64,000 nucleotides of DNA from Candidatus Methanoperedenaceae archaeon GB37. Lineage in GTDB: Archaea; Halobacteriota; Methanosarcinia; Methanosarcinales; EX4572-44. Positions 48,034 through 57,933 of the stretch are shown in pieces (position 1 is the stretch's first letter; each line of letters begins with the position of its first letter). The notes beneath the pieces were generated by a model. That model was not told the origin of the DNA and searched no databases. It saw only the letters and a list, made by a program, of their open reading frames with translations. Position numbers and translations under genes: made by a program. Where the stretch lies: positions 1,228,957-1,292,956 of the forward strand of contig LR991653.1 of NCBI GenBank assembly GCA_905171695.1, read 5' to 3'.

Positions 48034-48564
48034 ATGGAGAAGAGAGCAGAGGTTGTAATACATGGCAGGGTTCAGAAAGCTGGTTTCAGGGATTTGATTG
48101 ATGAAGCGGCTTTTAATCTGAATCTCAATGGGTATGTTAAGAATGATCGAGATGGTACGGTGCGGGTTACATGTGAAGGAAGGGATGAGAGCATCAGGGA
48201 GTTTCTTGAAGAGATCAATATACAGCAGTACCCGATTCGCGTGGAAAAGATCGATGTAGAATACCTTGAACCAACCCACGAGTTCAAGACATTCGAGATC
48301 ATCAGAGAAGAAGACATGACCGCAGCGACCTTTGAGAGAATGGACATGGCTGCAAGGTATATGAGAGAGATGAACACCAATCTCAGCCAGAAGATCGATG
48401 GACTCGGAGAGAGACTCGAGAACAAAATGGACGAGAATACAGTGAAGATTACAGGAGAGATTCATGCTCTACGAGATGATTTCAGGTCTCTTTTTGATCA
48501 GAGGCTTTCAAGAGTTGAGAATGATCTGGCTGAAATAAAAGCAAAGATTGCTGCGCTTAACTGA
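48034..48564 (+). CDS. Acylphosphatase-like domain fused to a C-terminal coiled coil
   Basis: 'VVIHGRVQKAGFRDL' and 'GYVKNDRDGTVRV' match the acylphosphatase P-loop Arg and Asn. Residues from about 95 to 176 are heptad-like and charged. Confidence 0.6.
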   Translation: MEKRAEVVIHGRVQKAGFRDLIDEAAFNLNLNGYVKNDRDGTVRVTCEGRDESIREFLEEINIQQYPIRVEKIDVEYLEPTHEFKTFEIIREEDMTAATFERMDMAARYMREMNTNLSQKIDGLGERLENKMDENTVKITGEIHALRDDFRSLFDQRLSRVENDLAEIKAKIAALN

Positions 48565-48631
48565 TTCTGCCGTTACCCTGTTTAGATGCAGGTTTTGTGC
48601 ATGAAAACGATGTGAAGAGTGGTGAACGTGT

Positions 48632-49108
48632 ATGGTAGAAGAGTCATCGGGTAAAAAGGTTGAGATTGCTGAGAAGTGGCCTCTATCCAATTACCCGATA
48701 TTACTGGCGTTGATACTTCTCGTTGCAACAGCTATATCATTGGGGGTTGGGGAGAGTGAGGCTTATGCGAATCAGCTGGCTATCTATGCATATTTTTTGC
48801 TGGCTGTCGGTGTTGCAGTACGGTTCTTTGAGCTTGTACTGCCTGAGAGGGTGGTTCAGAGACTGAAGATAAATAGTTCCAAGATAAAAAGTGGGAGGGA
48901 TGTTTCAAAGAGTGCGGATAAACTTGATTTTTTTACTGATGTCACGAGGAATGTTCTCTTTTCAATGCTTGCTTTCTTCATTATAGCTATCAGTTATGGT
49001 GCTTTGGTTGATTGGTTCTTTGTGAGGGGATTTGTTAAGGAGTTGGGTTATGTTATTGTGGTATTTCTCGTGTTGCATCTTCTTTTGAAGTATGGGGTTA
49101 AAATGTGA
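48632..49108 (+). CDS. Small membrane protein (about four TM helices), function unknown
   Basis: Hydrophobic segments; its stop overlaps the GTG start of the next gene (atgtga at 49103-49108). Confidence 0.5.
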   Translation: MVEESSGKKVEIAEKWPLSNYPILLALILLVATAISLGVGESEAYANQLAIYAYFLLAVGVAVRFFELVLPERVVQRLKINSSKIKSGRDVSKSADKLDFFTDVTRNVLFSMLAFFIIAISYGALVDWFFVRGFVKELGYVIVVFLVLHLLLKYGVKM

Positions 49109-51117
49109 AGATCTTCAGTTTGAAGAGTTATGGTATATCCTGTTTTGCAGTATTTTTCTATCTTTTCATCTCTTTTCTCATTCTATTTTATTTTAAAGGA
49201 AATTATATATTAACGTTGGATATGGTCTTCCCGTGTAAAAATTCTTTTGAAGAGTACTTTTATGGTTTCAGTCCTCCTGTTTGGGGCGGAACTCTGCCCA
49301 TACACGCAACTATGAAGTTCTCCAGCATAATGCCTGCATGGTTGCTGCAGAGAATTTACCTCTCTTTAATCATACTTCTCGCTGGAATCTCTATGCATCT
49401 CCTGGTGAAGACAGAGTCTTCCGCTCCAAAGTACTTTGCAGGCATCCTTTATGCCGTGAATCCGTTTGTCTATGTGAGATTTCTTGCAGGGCACTGGTTC
49501 ATCCTGCTTGCCTATTCAATCATGCCCTTTGCAGTTAAATCCTTTATCGATCTGCTTGAAGACGGGAAGAGGAGGAATATTTTAAAGTCCCTCTTCCTGA
49601 CGACCCTCGTAGGTGCCATCAATTCCCATATTCTTGTCCTCTTGTCTCTATTATACGTGGTTTTGGCGGCTTTTAAGTTGTACCATGTAAAGAGCGAAGT
49701 GGGTGCTGTAAAAAGACTGCTTGCCTCTCTATCCATACTTGTAGTGCTATACCTCTTGCTCAACCTATACTGGCTCCTCCCTCTACTCACTGCAGACGCA
49801 ACGTTGATACACCAGATATCAGAGGCTGACATGTATCTATTCGCCACAAAGACCTCAGCCTTCAATGCGGTCTTCACGATCGCAAGCATGTATGGGTTCT
49901 GGCGAGGCGGGTATCTCTATCCACAGGACTTTATTCCCCACTGGTATCTCTTCTTTCTCTTCATCCTTTTCTTGGCAGTGCACGGATTTATCAGCAATTG
50001 CAGGAGTAAGACTCTCAGCCTGCCTGTGAGATCCTTTGCAGTAGTTGCAGTGATTGCAGTGGTCCTGGGTTCTGGTGTGTATGGACCGTTCCATTCATTC
50101 TTTGAACTCTTATTTAACAACATATTCTTCTTTAGGGGTCTGAGAGATTCTCACAAGTTTGCCGCGCTTCTCGCCTTTTCATACTCATACCTCGGGGCGC
50201 TTGGGGTCTATGAATTTGAAAAGATAGCGCGCAGCGCCAGTATCACTGATTCATACAGGAAAATAGGTGCGCTGGCAGTCGTTCTCTTGGCACTGATAAC
50301 ACCTTTTCTTTACTCTTTCACGATCTTCAACGGCTTCTGGGGACAGATGAATACTACGGACTACCCGGACGACTGGTATCAGGTTAATGAATTACTTAAT
50401 CGGGATGATGAAGATTTTAACGTGCTTTTCCTCCCATGGCACGCATACATGGACTTCAAGTGGATTCCTAATACCCAGAAGAGGGTTGTGAATCCTGCTT
50501 CAGGCTTCTTCGAGAAGCCTGTGATTCAAGGGTGGAATATGGAGTCAGGGGGCATATACTCCCAATCCACCAACCCGGCTCAGCGCTACGTAGAATCTTT
50601 GCTGTATAATAGAAGTAATATAACCAGTTTTGGTGAGAAGATGGTTATTTTAGATGTGAAATACGTGCTTTTGACAAAGGAAGTAGATTACGATGAATAT
50701 TTCTTTCTGTTCAACCAGACTGACTTAGAACTGATAAAAGAGACTGAAAATTTCTACGTGTTCAAAAATAATCATACTGTCTCTCGATTTTACCGTTCGC
50801 CTACCCCTGTCACTCTTGAATCCTGGAGAGAACCCGATTTTGTCGAGTCTCTAACACCTATCAGCTACAAAGAAAACTCTCCTGTTAAATTCGATGTGCG
50901 AGGAGAGAGTGGCTTCATCGTCTTCGTTCCACCGAACCTGGACTCTCGATACTGGGAATTCGAGGGCACGCCCTCTCATCTGGACGGCTTTTATGCGGTT
51001 TATCCGGCTGGTGAGGGATCCATTTACTACACTCGGTTCAATATATGCCTCATCGGGTATCTTCTCTCACTTCTCACGCTGATAGGTATTTTAGGAACTC
51101 TCAATCATTGGATCTGA
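49105..51117 (+). CDS. Polytopic membrane protein paralogous to 42840..46004; GT-C-like candidate
   Basis: Shares 'LDMVFP' (against GDLIFP), 'LRDSHKFAA' (against FRDPNKWEG), 'DDWYQVNELLNRDDEDFNVLFLP' (against EEYYMVNNWLANQNGDFKVSWLP) and a C-terminal TM anchor. Confidence 0.55.
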   Translation: MKIFSLKSYGISCFAVFFYLFISFLILFYFKGNYILTLDMVFPCKNSFEEYFYGFSPPVWGGTLPIHATMKFSSIMPAWLLQRIYLSLIILLAGISMHLLVKTESSAPKYFAGILYAVNPFVYVRFLAGHWFILLAYSIMPFAVKSFIDLLEDGKRRNILKSLFLTTLVGAINSHILVLLSLLYVVLAAFKLYHVKSEVGAVKRLLASLSILVVLYLLLNLYWLLPLLTADATLIHQISEADMYLFATKTSAFNAVFTIASMYGFWRGGYLYPQDFIPHWYLFFLFILFLAVHGFISNCRSKTLSLPVRSFAVVAVIAVVLGSGVYGPFHSFFELLFNNIFFFRGLRDSHKFAALLAFSYSYLGALGVYEFEKIARSASITDSYRKIGALAVVLLALITPFLYSFTIFNGFWGQMNTTDYPDDWYQVNELLNRDDEDFNVLFLPWHAYMDFKWIPNTQKRVVNPASGFFEKPVIQGWNMESGGIYSQSTNPAQRYVESLLYNRSNITSFGEKMVILDVKYVLLTKEVDYDEYFFLFNQTDLELIKETENFYVFKNNHTVSRFYRSPTPVTLESWREPDFVESLTPISYKENSPVKFDVRGESGFIVFVPPNLDSRYWEFEGTPSHLDGFYAVYPAGEGSIYYTRFNICLIGYLLSLLTLIGILGTLNHWI

Positions 51118-51880
51118 GTGCCCCGAAGAAGAGGCACTCGTCTCTCGGTATCAGAGGGATCTCTTGGGCCTCTCCATCCCCCCGGTCTCTCATGTATAGC
51201 CCTGTGCCTCTTGCAATGACCGCTGGCACTCCTTCGCTTGCCTCTCCCATCAGGAGTTGTGCAGCGCTTGCAAGGTTGTCTGCGATCGCTCTCTGCGTGA
51301 TTCTGAGTGGCTTGCCATAGAGATCTCTTCTGCCACGGGCATCTTCCACTGGTTCTATCCCACTGCATCCAAGTGCAACCCCGATCGTTCCGAGTCGGAG
51401 GGGCTGTGTGCGACTATCACTTATGATAACAGCACACCTGCACCCATAGTGCTCTTCAAGAGCGCTTCGTATCTCTCTAGCACTCGCTGTTGGGTTGAGG
51501 GGCATCAACGTGACATGTCCCTCTGGCGCGTTCGAGGAGTCAATCCCGGTATTCGGTGATAGAACGCCCCGTGTGATCGTGAGCACGACGCCCGGTACAC
51601 CGCCGATTATCTCGTCAGCCTCTCTCAGTATGAGCTCCATCTCGCGTGGTTCGATCATGTACTTCTCAGCGAGCCTCAAAGCCTCCTCGGTGGGCGTTAC
51701 GCTGCTCAGGTCAACGAGTCGCCCCTCGGTCGTTGCAACAGCCGACTCTGCGATTATGAAGATGTCGCCATCCTCTGGTGTGATGCGCTCCTTCTCCATC
51801 GATCCTATGAGAGCGTCAGAGATCCTGTCCTCTGGGGTTAGGATTGGTGTTCTCACCGGGATAAAGACCAATTGCTGCAT
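51101..51880 (-). CDS. cofE: Coenzyme F420-0:L-glutamate ligase
   Basis: 'PEDGDIFIIAESAVATTEGR' and 'AVIISDSRTQPLRLGTIGVALG'. Confidence 0.85.
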   Translation of the reverse strand: MQQLVFIPVRTPILTPEDRISDALIGSMEKERITPEDGDIFIIAESAVATTEGRLVDLSSVTPTEEALRLAEKYMIEPREMELILREADEIIGGVPGVVLTITRGVLSPNTGIDSSNAPEGHVTLMPLNPTASAREIRSALEEHYGCRCAVIISDSRTQPLRLGTIGVALGCSGIEPVEDARGRRDLYGKPLRITQRAIADNLASAAQLLMGEASEGVPAVIARGTGLYMRDRGDGEAQEIPLIPRDECLFFGALRSND

Positions 51881-51886
51881 AAATCC

Positions 51887-53122
51887 TTAGAGGTACTCTT
51901 TTAATCGTAGAATTGCACAGTACTCTCCACACATGCTGCAGATGCCACCAGTCTCCCTGCGCATCTCCTCTGGTCTTCGAGGCTCGATCGCATGCGAGAG
52001 CTGCCCACTCCAATCGAGCATACTTCTCTTAACTGCAAGTCTGCGATCCCTATCTGATGGCATGTACTTGATGCTGTCACCGATATGGGCTGCTATCCTG
52101 AAAGCCGTTAAACCTTCTCTCACGTCTTCCACGCCTGGGAGGCAGATGTGCTCGGCAGGTGTTACTGCACAGAGATAATCAGCCCCGGCTCCACTTGCGA
52201 GAGCTGCCCCGATACTTGCCGCAATATGGTCATATCCAACCGCCACATCGGTTGGCAAGGGGCCTGCAACGAAGAGTGGGCGATCCGCGACCTCTTTATG
52301 GTATCGCACAGACTCTGGTATGAGTGCTGGCGCCACATGCCCGCCCATACCCTCGATTATCACCTGCACACCTGCTTTGTTTGCCTCCTCTGCAAGCCGT
52401 GCATTGAGCTCCAGCTCCTCTCTCTGCAAGCAATCGGGCATGTCATGAACACATCCGCTTCGAAGACTGTTTCCGAGAGATAATACCACATCCCTCTCAC
52501 GAAGGATCTCGAGTATCTCGTCGAAGTGCTCAAGAAACGGGTTATCTCTATTATTCTTCAGCATGCAAAGACTCGTGAGACTACCACCCTTCGATACCAT
52601 GGTAAGGATTCGTCTGCTCTTCTTCAACTTCAGGACCAGCTCTCGCGTGATTGTATGGATCACGATCGAGCTCACACCAGACCTGACATCCTCCTCTATC
52701 CGCGAGAGTATATCCCTATCTCTCATCGTCCATCCATTCTCAGCCACACACTGATAAATCGGAACTGTTGTGAGTGGAATCGTGGTGCTGGCGAGGATCT
52801 GGCGTCGTATCTCCTCGAGATCTCCACCCATCGAGAGATCTGTTATGGTATCTGCAGAATAAGCCTCTGCAACCCTTGCCTTCTCAACCTCGAGATCGGT
52901 CTCTCTCGATGCTGTGGATGTTCCGATGTTGACATTGACCTTTGTCCGAAGCCCCTTCCCAATGCCGCAGACGCCTCTCCTGCCTCCCTTGCGAGTCATG
53001 ATGACGGTTCTGCCACTTGCAATATCAGATCTGAGGAGTTCTGGCTCGATCTCTTCTTCCATTGCAACTCTCTTCATCTCTCCTGTAACGATGCCATCGG
53101 TTGCAGACTCTATCTGTGTCAA
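51887..53122 (-). CDS. thiC: Phosphomethylpyrimidine synthase
   Basis: 'TITDLSMGGD', 'IEGMGGH' and the C-terminal 'CSMCGEYCA'. Start taken at the TTG at 53122 ((M)TQIESATDGIVTGEM). The tracked extension to 53305 runs through a tRNA gene. Confidence 0.85.
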   Translation of the reverse strand: MTQIESATDGIVTGEMKRVAMEEEIEPELLRSDIASGRTVIMTRKGGRRGVCGIGKGLRTKVNVNIGTSTASRETDLEVEKARVAEAYSADTITDLSMGGDLEEIRRQILASTTIPLTTVPIYQCVAENGWTMRDRDILSRIEEDVRSGVSSIVIHTITRELVLKLKKSRRILTMVSKGGSLTSLCMLKNNRDNPFLEHFDEILEILRERDVVLSLGNSLRSGCVHDMPDCLQREELELNARLAEEANKAGVQVIIEGMGGHVAPALIPESVRYHKEVADRPLFVAGPLPTDVAVGYDHIAASIGAALASGAGADYLCAVTPAEHICLPGVEDVREGLTAFRIAAHIGDSIKYMPSDRDRRLAVKRSMLDWSGQLSHAIEPRRPEEMRRETGGICSMCGEYCAILRLKEYL

Positions 53123-53209
53123 GATGAACGCTCCATAACTCTTCCAAACCTGCTGTTTTATTACGATACGCTTAAATTCGATGAAAGCGATCTCTTCGGC
53201 TGTCACAGA

Positions 53210-53283
<74 letters not shown>

Positions 53284-53311
53284 TCATGGATAGTTCGCCT
53301 TTCAATCACTT

Positions 53312-54481
53312 TTATCTCTTCACCACCTTCTTCACAAGTTCAGCCAGGCGATCCGAGTTCAGTTCCTGCTTCCTCTCCCGACACTCTTTTATGACGTCGA
53401 CGAGTTCGCATAACTGATCCCGCGAGAGGTCGTGGTATCCCATGTGCTTCAGCACTCCAAGGAGCGCTCTTCTCCCGGTATGCTTTCCAAGTATGAAGCT
53501 CCGCTCTGCACCTATCAGCTCTGGCGGATAAGCCTCGTAAGTGATAGGATTCTCGAGTATGGCCGCGACGTGTATGCCTGACTCGTGTGCAAATGCATTT
53601 CTACCAACTATCGACTTGTTCGATGCAACCTTCACACCCGAGCACTCCTCAACGAGTCTGGAGAGGCTTGTGAGCCTCGATAGATCGTACTTATCGATCC
53701 CGTGCTCGAGGCGGAGTGCAAGGAGAACCTCTTCGAGCGCTGCATTACCACTCCGCTCACCTATGCCGTTTACCGTGGTATGCAACTGTTTCACTCCCGC
53801 TTCTGCTGCTGTGATCGTGTTTGCAGTTGCCATCCCGAGATCGTCGTGGCAGTGAATGCATAACTCGCTCTTTCTCACACTATCTTTGATCTCACTGACG
53901 AGGTACTCTGTGGTGGCTGGCGTGAGAATGCCGACCGTGTCTGCAATGCTCACATAATCTGCGCCACGCGCCTCTGCCGCGAGGAATATATCCTTCAACC
54001 TGGGTATGGGGGTACGGGTTGCATCCTCTGCTGCAAACCGAACCACGACACCATGCGACTTGGCATACTCAAGGGTATCAAGCGCTCTCTCCCGCACGGT
54101 CTCATACCTCGAGTGATACTTGTACTCGATATGGATATCTGAGGTTGCGATGAAGATACTGATGATGTCAACGTCACAATCGAGTGCTATCTCCACATCC
54201 TCTCTCTTCGAACGTGCAAGAGAGCAGATCTTGGCATCAAGTCCGAGCTGTGCGACTCGCTTTATGGTCTCCTTCTCAACACTGGAGACGACCGGAAAAC
54301 CTGCTTCGATGATCTCAACACCGATCTCGTCAAGCCGCTCTGCAAGCCTGATCTTCTCATCCATTGTGAACGCAGCCCCAGGAGTCTGCTCACCATCCCG
54401 GAGCGTAACATCACAGATCTCAACCTCAGGTGGCCTTCGCCCGATGGAATCATAGTAGATATTCTTTGAGAGGAGATCCAT
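53312..54481 (-). CDS. aksA: Homocitrate synthase-type enzyme (short LeuA/NifV/AksA family, no regulatory domain); probable coenzyme B biosynthesis
   Basis: 'ICDVTLRDGEQTPG' and 'HCHDDLGMATANT'. 389 aa, so it lacks the LeuA C-terminal domain. Confidence 0.7.
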   Translation of the reverse strand: MDLLSKNIYYDSIGRRPPEVEICDVTLRDGEQTPGAAFTMDEKIRLAERLDEIGVEIIEAGFPVVSSVEKETIKRVAQLGLDAKICSLARSKREDVEIALDCDVDIISIFIATSDIHIEYKYHSRYETVRERALDTLEYAKSHGVVVRFAAEDATRTPIPRLKDIFLAAEARGADYVSIADTVGILTPATTEYLVSEIKDSVRKSELCIHCHDDLGMATANTITAAEAGVKQLHTTVNGIGERSGNAALEEVLLALRLEHGIDKYDLSRLTSLSRLVEECSGVKVASNKSIVGRNAFAHESGIHVAAILENPITYEAYPPELIGAERSFILGKHTGRRALLGVLKHMGYHDLSRDQLCELVDVIKECRERKQELNSDRLAELVKKVVKR

Positions 54482-54512
54482 AAGAGGAGAACTACAAGGA
54501 TAACTGGATACT

Positions 54513-55016
54513 TCAACGCTCGAAGAGTTCGGTATCGATCACACTATCCAGCACGTAATCAAAATCGATATGATCATACCAGCCTGCTCGCTCAAAGATC
54601 CCCATGAAACAGAGGCCTATAACAAGCCCATTGCCACCAGTTATCGTTTCAACGAGCCTCGCCACTTCAACTGGGTCGACACCGATCTTCGGCATCGCAA
54701 GCCCGCCGAGTACCGCGACGGTATCGCCATGAAAATCAACCTCGCGTCCAAGCTGCATCCCCTGTGGAGTTGGGACGATCTCCCGTGCATGCTCGAGATC
54801 AAGACCAGCGACAAAGACCATCTCCTTTCCAGAGTCTCTGAGAGCATACGCCAGAAGCTCGGCAAAGGGGGTGCAGAAACCGATCGAACCGACGAAGACT
54901 ATCCGCTTAGAATCCTTCACAAGCTCCCTGAAGGGTATCATCATGCCGGCAAGTGCAGGCTGCTTCGAAACAGATCTCATCACAACAATCCTCCAAGACC
55001 AGCCATCTCCTATCAC
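54513..55016 (-). CDS. Conserved archaeal hypothetical protein (possibly DUF2124/COG4029-like)
   Basis: 'RIVFVGSIGFCTPFAELLAYALRD'. Family name recalled from memory and unverified. The start could be an internal Met. Confidence 0.4.
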   Translation of the reverse strand: MIGDGWSWRIVVMRSVSKQPALAGMMIPFRELVKDSKRIVFVGSIGFCTPFAELLAYALRDSGKEMVFVAGLDLEHAREIVPTPQGMQLGREVDFHGDTVAVLGGLAMPKIGVDPVEVARLVETITGGNGLVIGLCFMGIFERAGWYDHIDFDYVLDSVIDTELFER

Positions 55017-55143
55017 ACCATCAATATATGAAGTTATCGAAAAAGATGGATTACGATCTATTCCAGAGTGCCGAGAAAACCAGTAAGTATATCAAGCAGA
55101 AAAACAACTCGGAAGATTATAACATTGAAGCAGGTATGTAACT

Positions 55144-55848
55144 ATGAAGTTGCTCGTAAGCCCGATTAATGTCGAGGAGGCACAGATCGCTGTAGAAGGC
55201 GGTGCAGATATCATCGATGTGAAGAATCCGAGGGAAGGGTCGCTCGGTGCGAACTTTCCATGGGTCATCAAGAGTGTCAGGGATGCTGTGAAAGAACCAT
55301 TGAGCGCTACAATTGGCGATTTTAACTTCAGACCAGGGACTGCTTCTCTCGCTGCACTCGGCGCTGCCGTCTCCGGCGCAGATTATATAAAAATTGGATT
55401 ATTTGATATTCAGACGCGAGAACAGGCATATAAAATGGCAGAGAGCGTTACAAAATCAGTTAAAGAATACGATCCAAATAAGAAGGTAGTAATAGCTGGA
55501 TATTCTGATTATAAGCGAATAAATTCCATATCGGTATTTGAACTGCCCGCTGTAGCAGGCGATGTCGGCGCCGACGTGGTGATGATGGATACAGGCATCA
55601 AAGACGGGAGTTCAACCTTTGAGTTCCTGAGAGATGAAGAGATCAGCGAGTTCGTTGACCTCGCGCGCCAGCACGGGATTCAAACAGCGCTTGCAGGATC
55701 TCTCAGATTCGAGGACATCGATGCACTCAACGAGATAAATCCTGACATAATCGGTGTGCGTGGATGCGTCTGTGGCGGCGATCGCAGCGCTTCAATCAAG
55801 CTCGAACTTGTGAGAGAACTTAAAAACTCCTTGAACGGATCCCAATAG
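55144..55848 (+). CDS. mfnB: (5-formylfuran-3-yl)methyl phosphate synthase (methanofuran biosynthesis)
   Basis: 'MKLLVSPINVEEAQIAVEGGADIIDVKNPREGSLGA', a DUF556/MfnB pattern. Confidence 0.8.
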   Translation: MKLLVSPINVEEAQIAVEGGADIIDVKNPREGSLGANFPWVIKSVRDAVKEPLSATIGDFNFRPGTASLAALGAAVSGADYIKIGLFDIQTREQAYKMAESVTKSVKEYDPNKKVVIAGYSDYKRINSISVFELPAVAGDVGADVVMMDTGIKDGSSTFEFLRDEEISEFVDLARQHGIQTALAGSLRFEDIDALNEINPDIIGVRGCVCGGDRSASIKLELVRELKNSLNGSQ

Positions 55849-55885
55849 TCCCCCCGGTAGTGCCCACTCATTAGTGCCCACTCAT

Positions 55886-57544
55886 TTAAGAGGGGCATCC
55901 GTTCTCCTTCCAGCCACGTAGCGCGTAGTATCTATCGAGTTCTTCTTCAAATCCAGCTGGTTTCATTATCTCTGGCAGCGTGTCATCCTCACGGTTGAAG
56001 CCTCGCTTGCAGTTGAACTCTCGTTCCATCTGAACGATCCTACTCCCCAGTCTCTGCATGTATTCCTCGCTAGCGTCTCCTGTAATCTTTGACAAGACCT
56101 TCAGGTAGTCTTCGAGTGTGTAGAACCTGACTGAGAACTTACAGAGCGAGATCGAGTCGAGTACCGCGTTTCTGTTCTCGTTGTATATTACCCGCTCTGC
56201 CTTTCCACTTATATTGTTTCTCCCAGGGTCTCCGTACTCTTCGATGTACTCCATGCTGTAGAGGTGATCGGCGCCGCGGTTCGATACCGCGTAGGAGAGC
56301 CCCTGCCCTGCTGCCCCACGAGCGTCGTGTCCAGGGAGGTCCATGCCCTTCACGGTGTAGGATGGGACTCTGCATCTCTCTGCGAAAGCTCTGGCGCCGC
56401 AAGCAAGTTCTGCACCGATCCCCTCCCTTTTAGCTATCAATTCAATCACTTCGTGCACCTTCTCGCCATCACCCCACTCGATCTCGTACTGAACGCGCCC
56501 ATTCTCACTTGCCTCCATCAAAGTCGCGATTGCAGCACCTGTCGATAGCGTGTCAAGCCCATATCTGTTGCAGAGGTAATTTGATTTTATGATGTCGTCA
56601 AGGTCGTTTACACAGAGGTTCGATCCGAAGCTCATCAGTGTCTCGTACTCTGGCCCCTCTGTTATTATCCCGTGCTTCTTGCTCTTTGTCACTCGCTTAC
56701 ATGCAATGAGACAACTGTGACAGGTGCTCCGGTTGATCGTGTACTCGCGGAGTGCCTCGCCGTTTATCATCTTAGCATCTTCGTAGACGGTTGTTGAGTA
56801 GTTTCTGGTTGGGAGTGCATTGTTATCATTTGCTACCTGAAGAATGCTCGATGTTCCCATCAACTTCAGACCTGCAACACCGTCAACGACCTTCTTCCAG
56901 AGGCCTGCCTCGATATCACGATACTGGTCTGATGGAATCGATGTGTTACCGGTTGCAACGATCGCTTTCAGGTTCTTGCTGCCCATCACAGCGCCGAGTC
57001 CGCCACGACCGAACGCTCGATGGAGCTGTGTCATGATATTTGCAAAGTAGACACCTCGCTCCCCCGCGGTGCCTATGACAAGGATATTTCGAAAGCGCAC
57101 CTTGCACTCCATCTTCAATCTCATCGTGGTGCTGAAGACGTCAGATCCCCAGAGGTGGGAAGCGTCTCGAAACTCGACACCACTCTCATCGATCCATAGA
57201 TAGAGTGGTGAGGATGCTCGTCCCTCGATTATCACACCACTGTAGCCTGTGCGGAGAAGTTCGCACCCGAAGTTCCCACCCGCGTTGGAGCTGAAGATAG
57301 TCTCTGTGAGTGGTGAGATGCTCGTTGTGCTGTGGCGAGCAGAGAATGGAATTGAGGAGCCTGTGAGCGCACCTGGGGTGAATATCAGTTTGTTCTCCTG
57401 GTGGAGAGGCTCTACGCTCGGCTCAACCTCCCTCGTGAAGAGAGCTACACCGAGACCTCTGCCACCAATAAACGACGAAACCTCAGGATCGACCTCTTCA
57501 ACATCACCAGTCTCTCTCCTAAGATTCACACGCAGGATCTTCAT
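55886..57544 (-). CDS. aor: Aldehyde:ferredoxin oxidoreductase family (tungstopterin) enzyme
   Basis: 'MKILRVNL...GGRGLG' N-terminus, [4Fe-4S] ligand motif 'CHSCLIAC' and 'GLDTLSTG'. Start taken at 57544. Confidence 0.85.
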   Translation of the reverse strand: MKILRVNLRRETGDVEEVDPEVSSFIGGRGLGVALFTREVEPSVEPLHQENKLIFTPGALTGSSIPFSARHSTTSISPLTETIFSSNAGGNFGCELLRTGYSGVIIEGRASSPLYLWIDESGVEFRDASHLWGSDVFSTTMRLKMECKVRFRNILVIGTAGERGVYFANIMTQLHRAFGRGGLGAVMGSKNLKAIVATGNTSIPSDQYRDIEAGLWKKVVDGVAGLKLMGTSSILQVANDNNALPTRNYSTTVYEDAKMINGEALREYTINRSTCHSCLIACKRVTKSKKHGIITEGPEYETLMSFGSNLCVNDLDDIIKSNYLCNRYGLDTLSTGAAIATLMEASENGRVQYEIEWGDGEKVHEVIELIAKREGIGAELACGARAFAERCRVPSYTVKGMDLPGHDARGAAGQGLSYAVSNRGADHLYSMEYIEEYGDPGRNNISGKAERVIYNENRNAVLDSISLCKFSVRFYTLEDYLKVLSKITGDASEEYMQRLGSRIVQMEREFNCKRGFNREDDTLPEIMKPAGFEEELDRYYALRGWKENGCPS

Positions 57545-57604
57545 AGTATACTCAGGTTTGGGTGTTGAATTATATATGCTTATTCTATTCAACGGGGATG
57601 TCAA

Positions 57605-57933
57605 CTCGTTTGGGTGTTATCTCAGAGCCGAGATTTTTCCAGAATATAAGCTTATTGGTTGTGTTCTCTTCTTTGGTCTCAGACGTTTAAAATATATCAA
57701 AATATATCAGAGATAAATAAATATTTTTAAAAAATATTGTATCTTTATAACGGTTTATCATGATCAAAGCAAAAAACTTAAATACAAACAGCATCTCATA
57801 TCCACCATTGAGGATTGTGATGGTGAATGATGGTACACAGAAACGAGTACTCTATAGGATGAGTATTGAGTATTCTGTGAATTGTGTACCAGAACCTGAG
57901 ACATTCTCAAAAAATATGGAGGAACGAATATAA
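57605..57933. promoter_or_regulatory. Divergent AT-rich promoter/leader region between aor and mcrB
   Basis: Tandem aaatatatca x2 (57691-57710), near-palindrome aatatttttaaaaaatatt (about 57719-57738), TATA-like ctttataa (57743-57750), and GGAGG 10 nt upstream of the mcrB ATG. No transcription start can be assigned. Confidence 0.4.
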
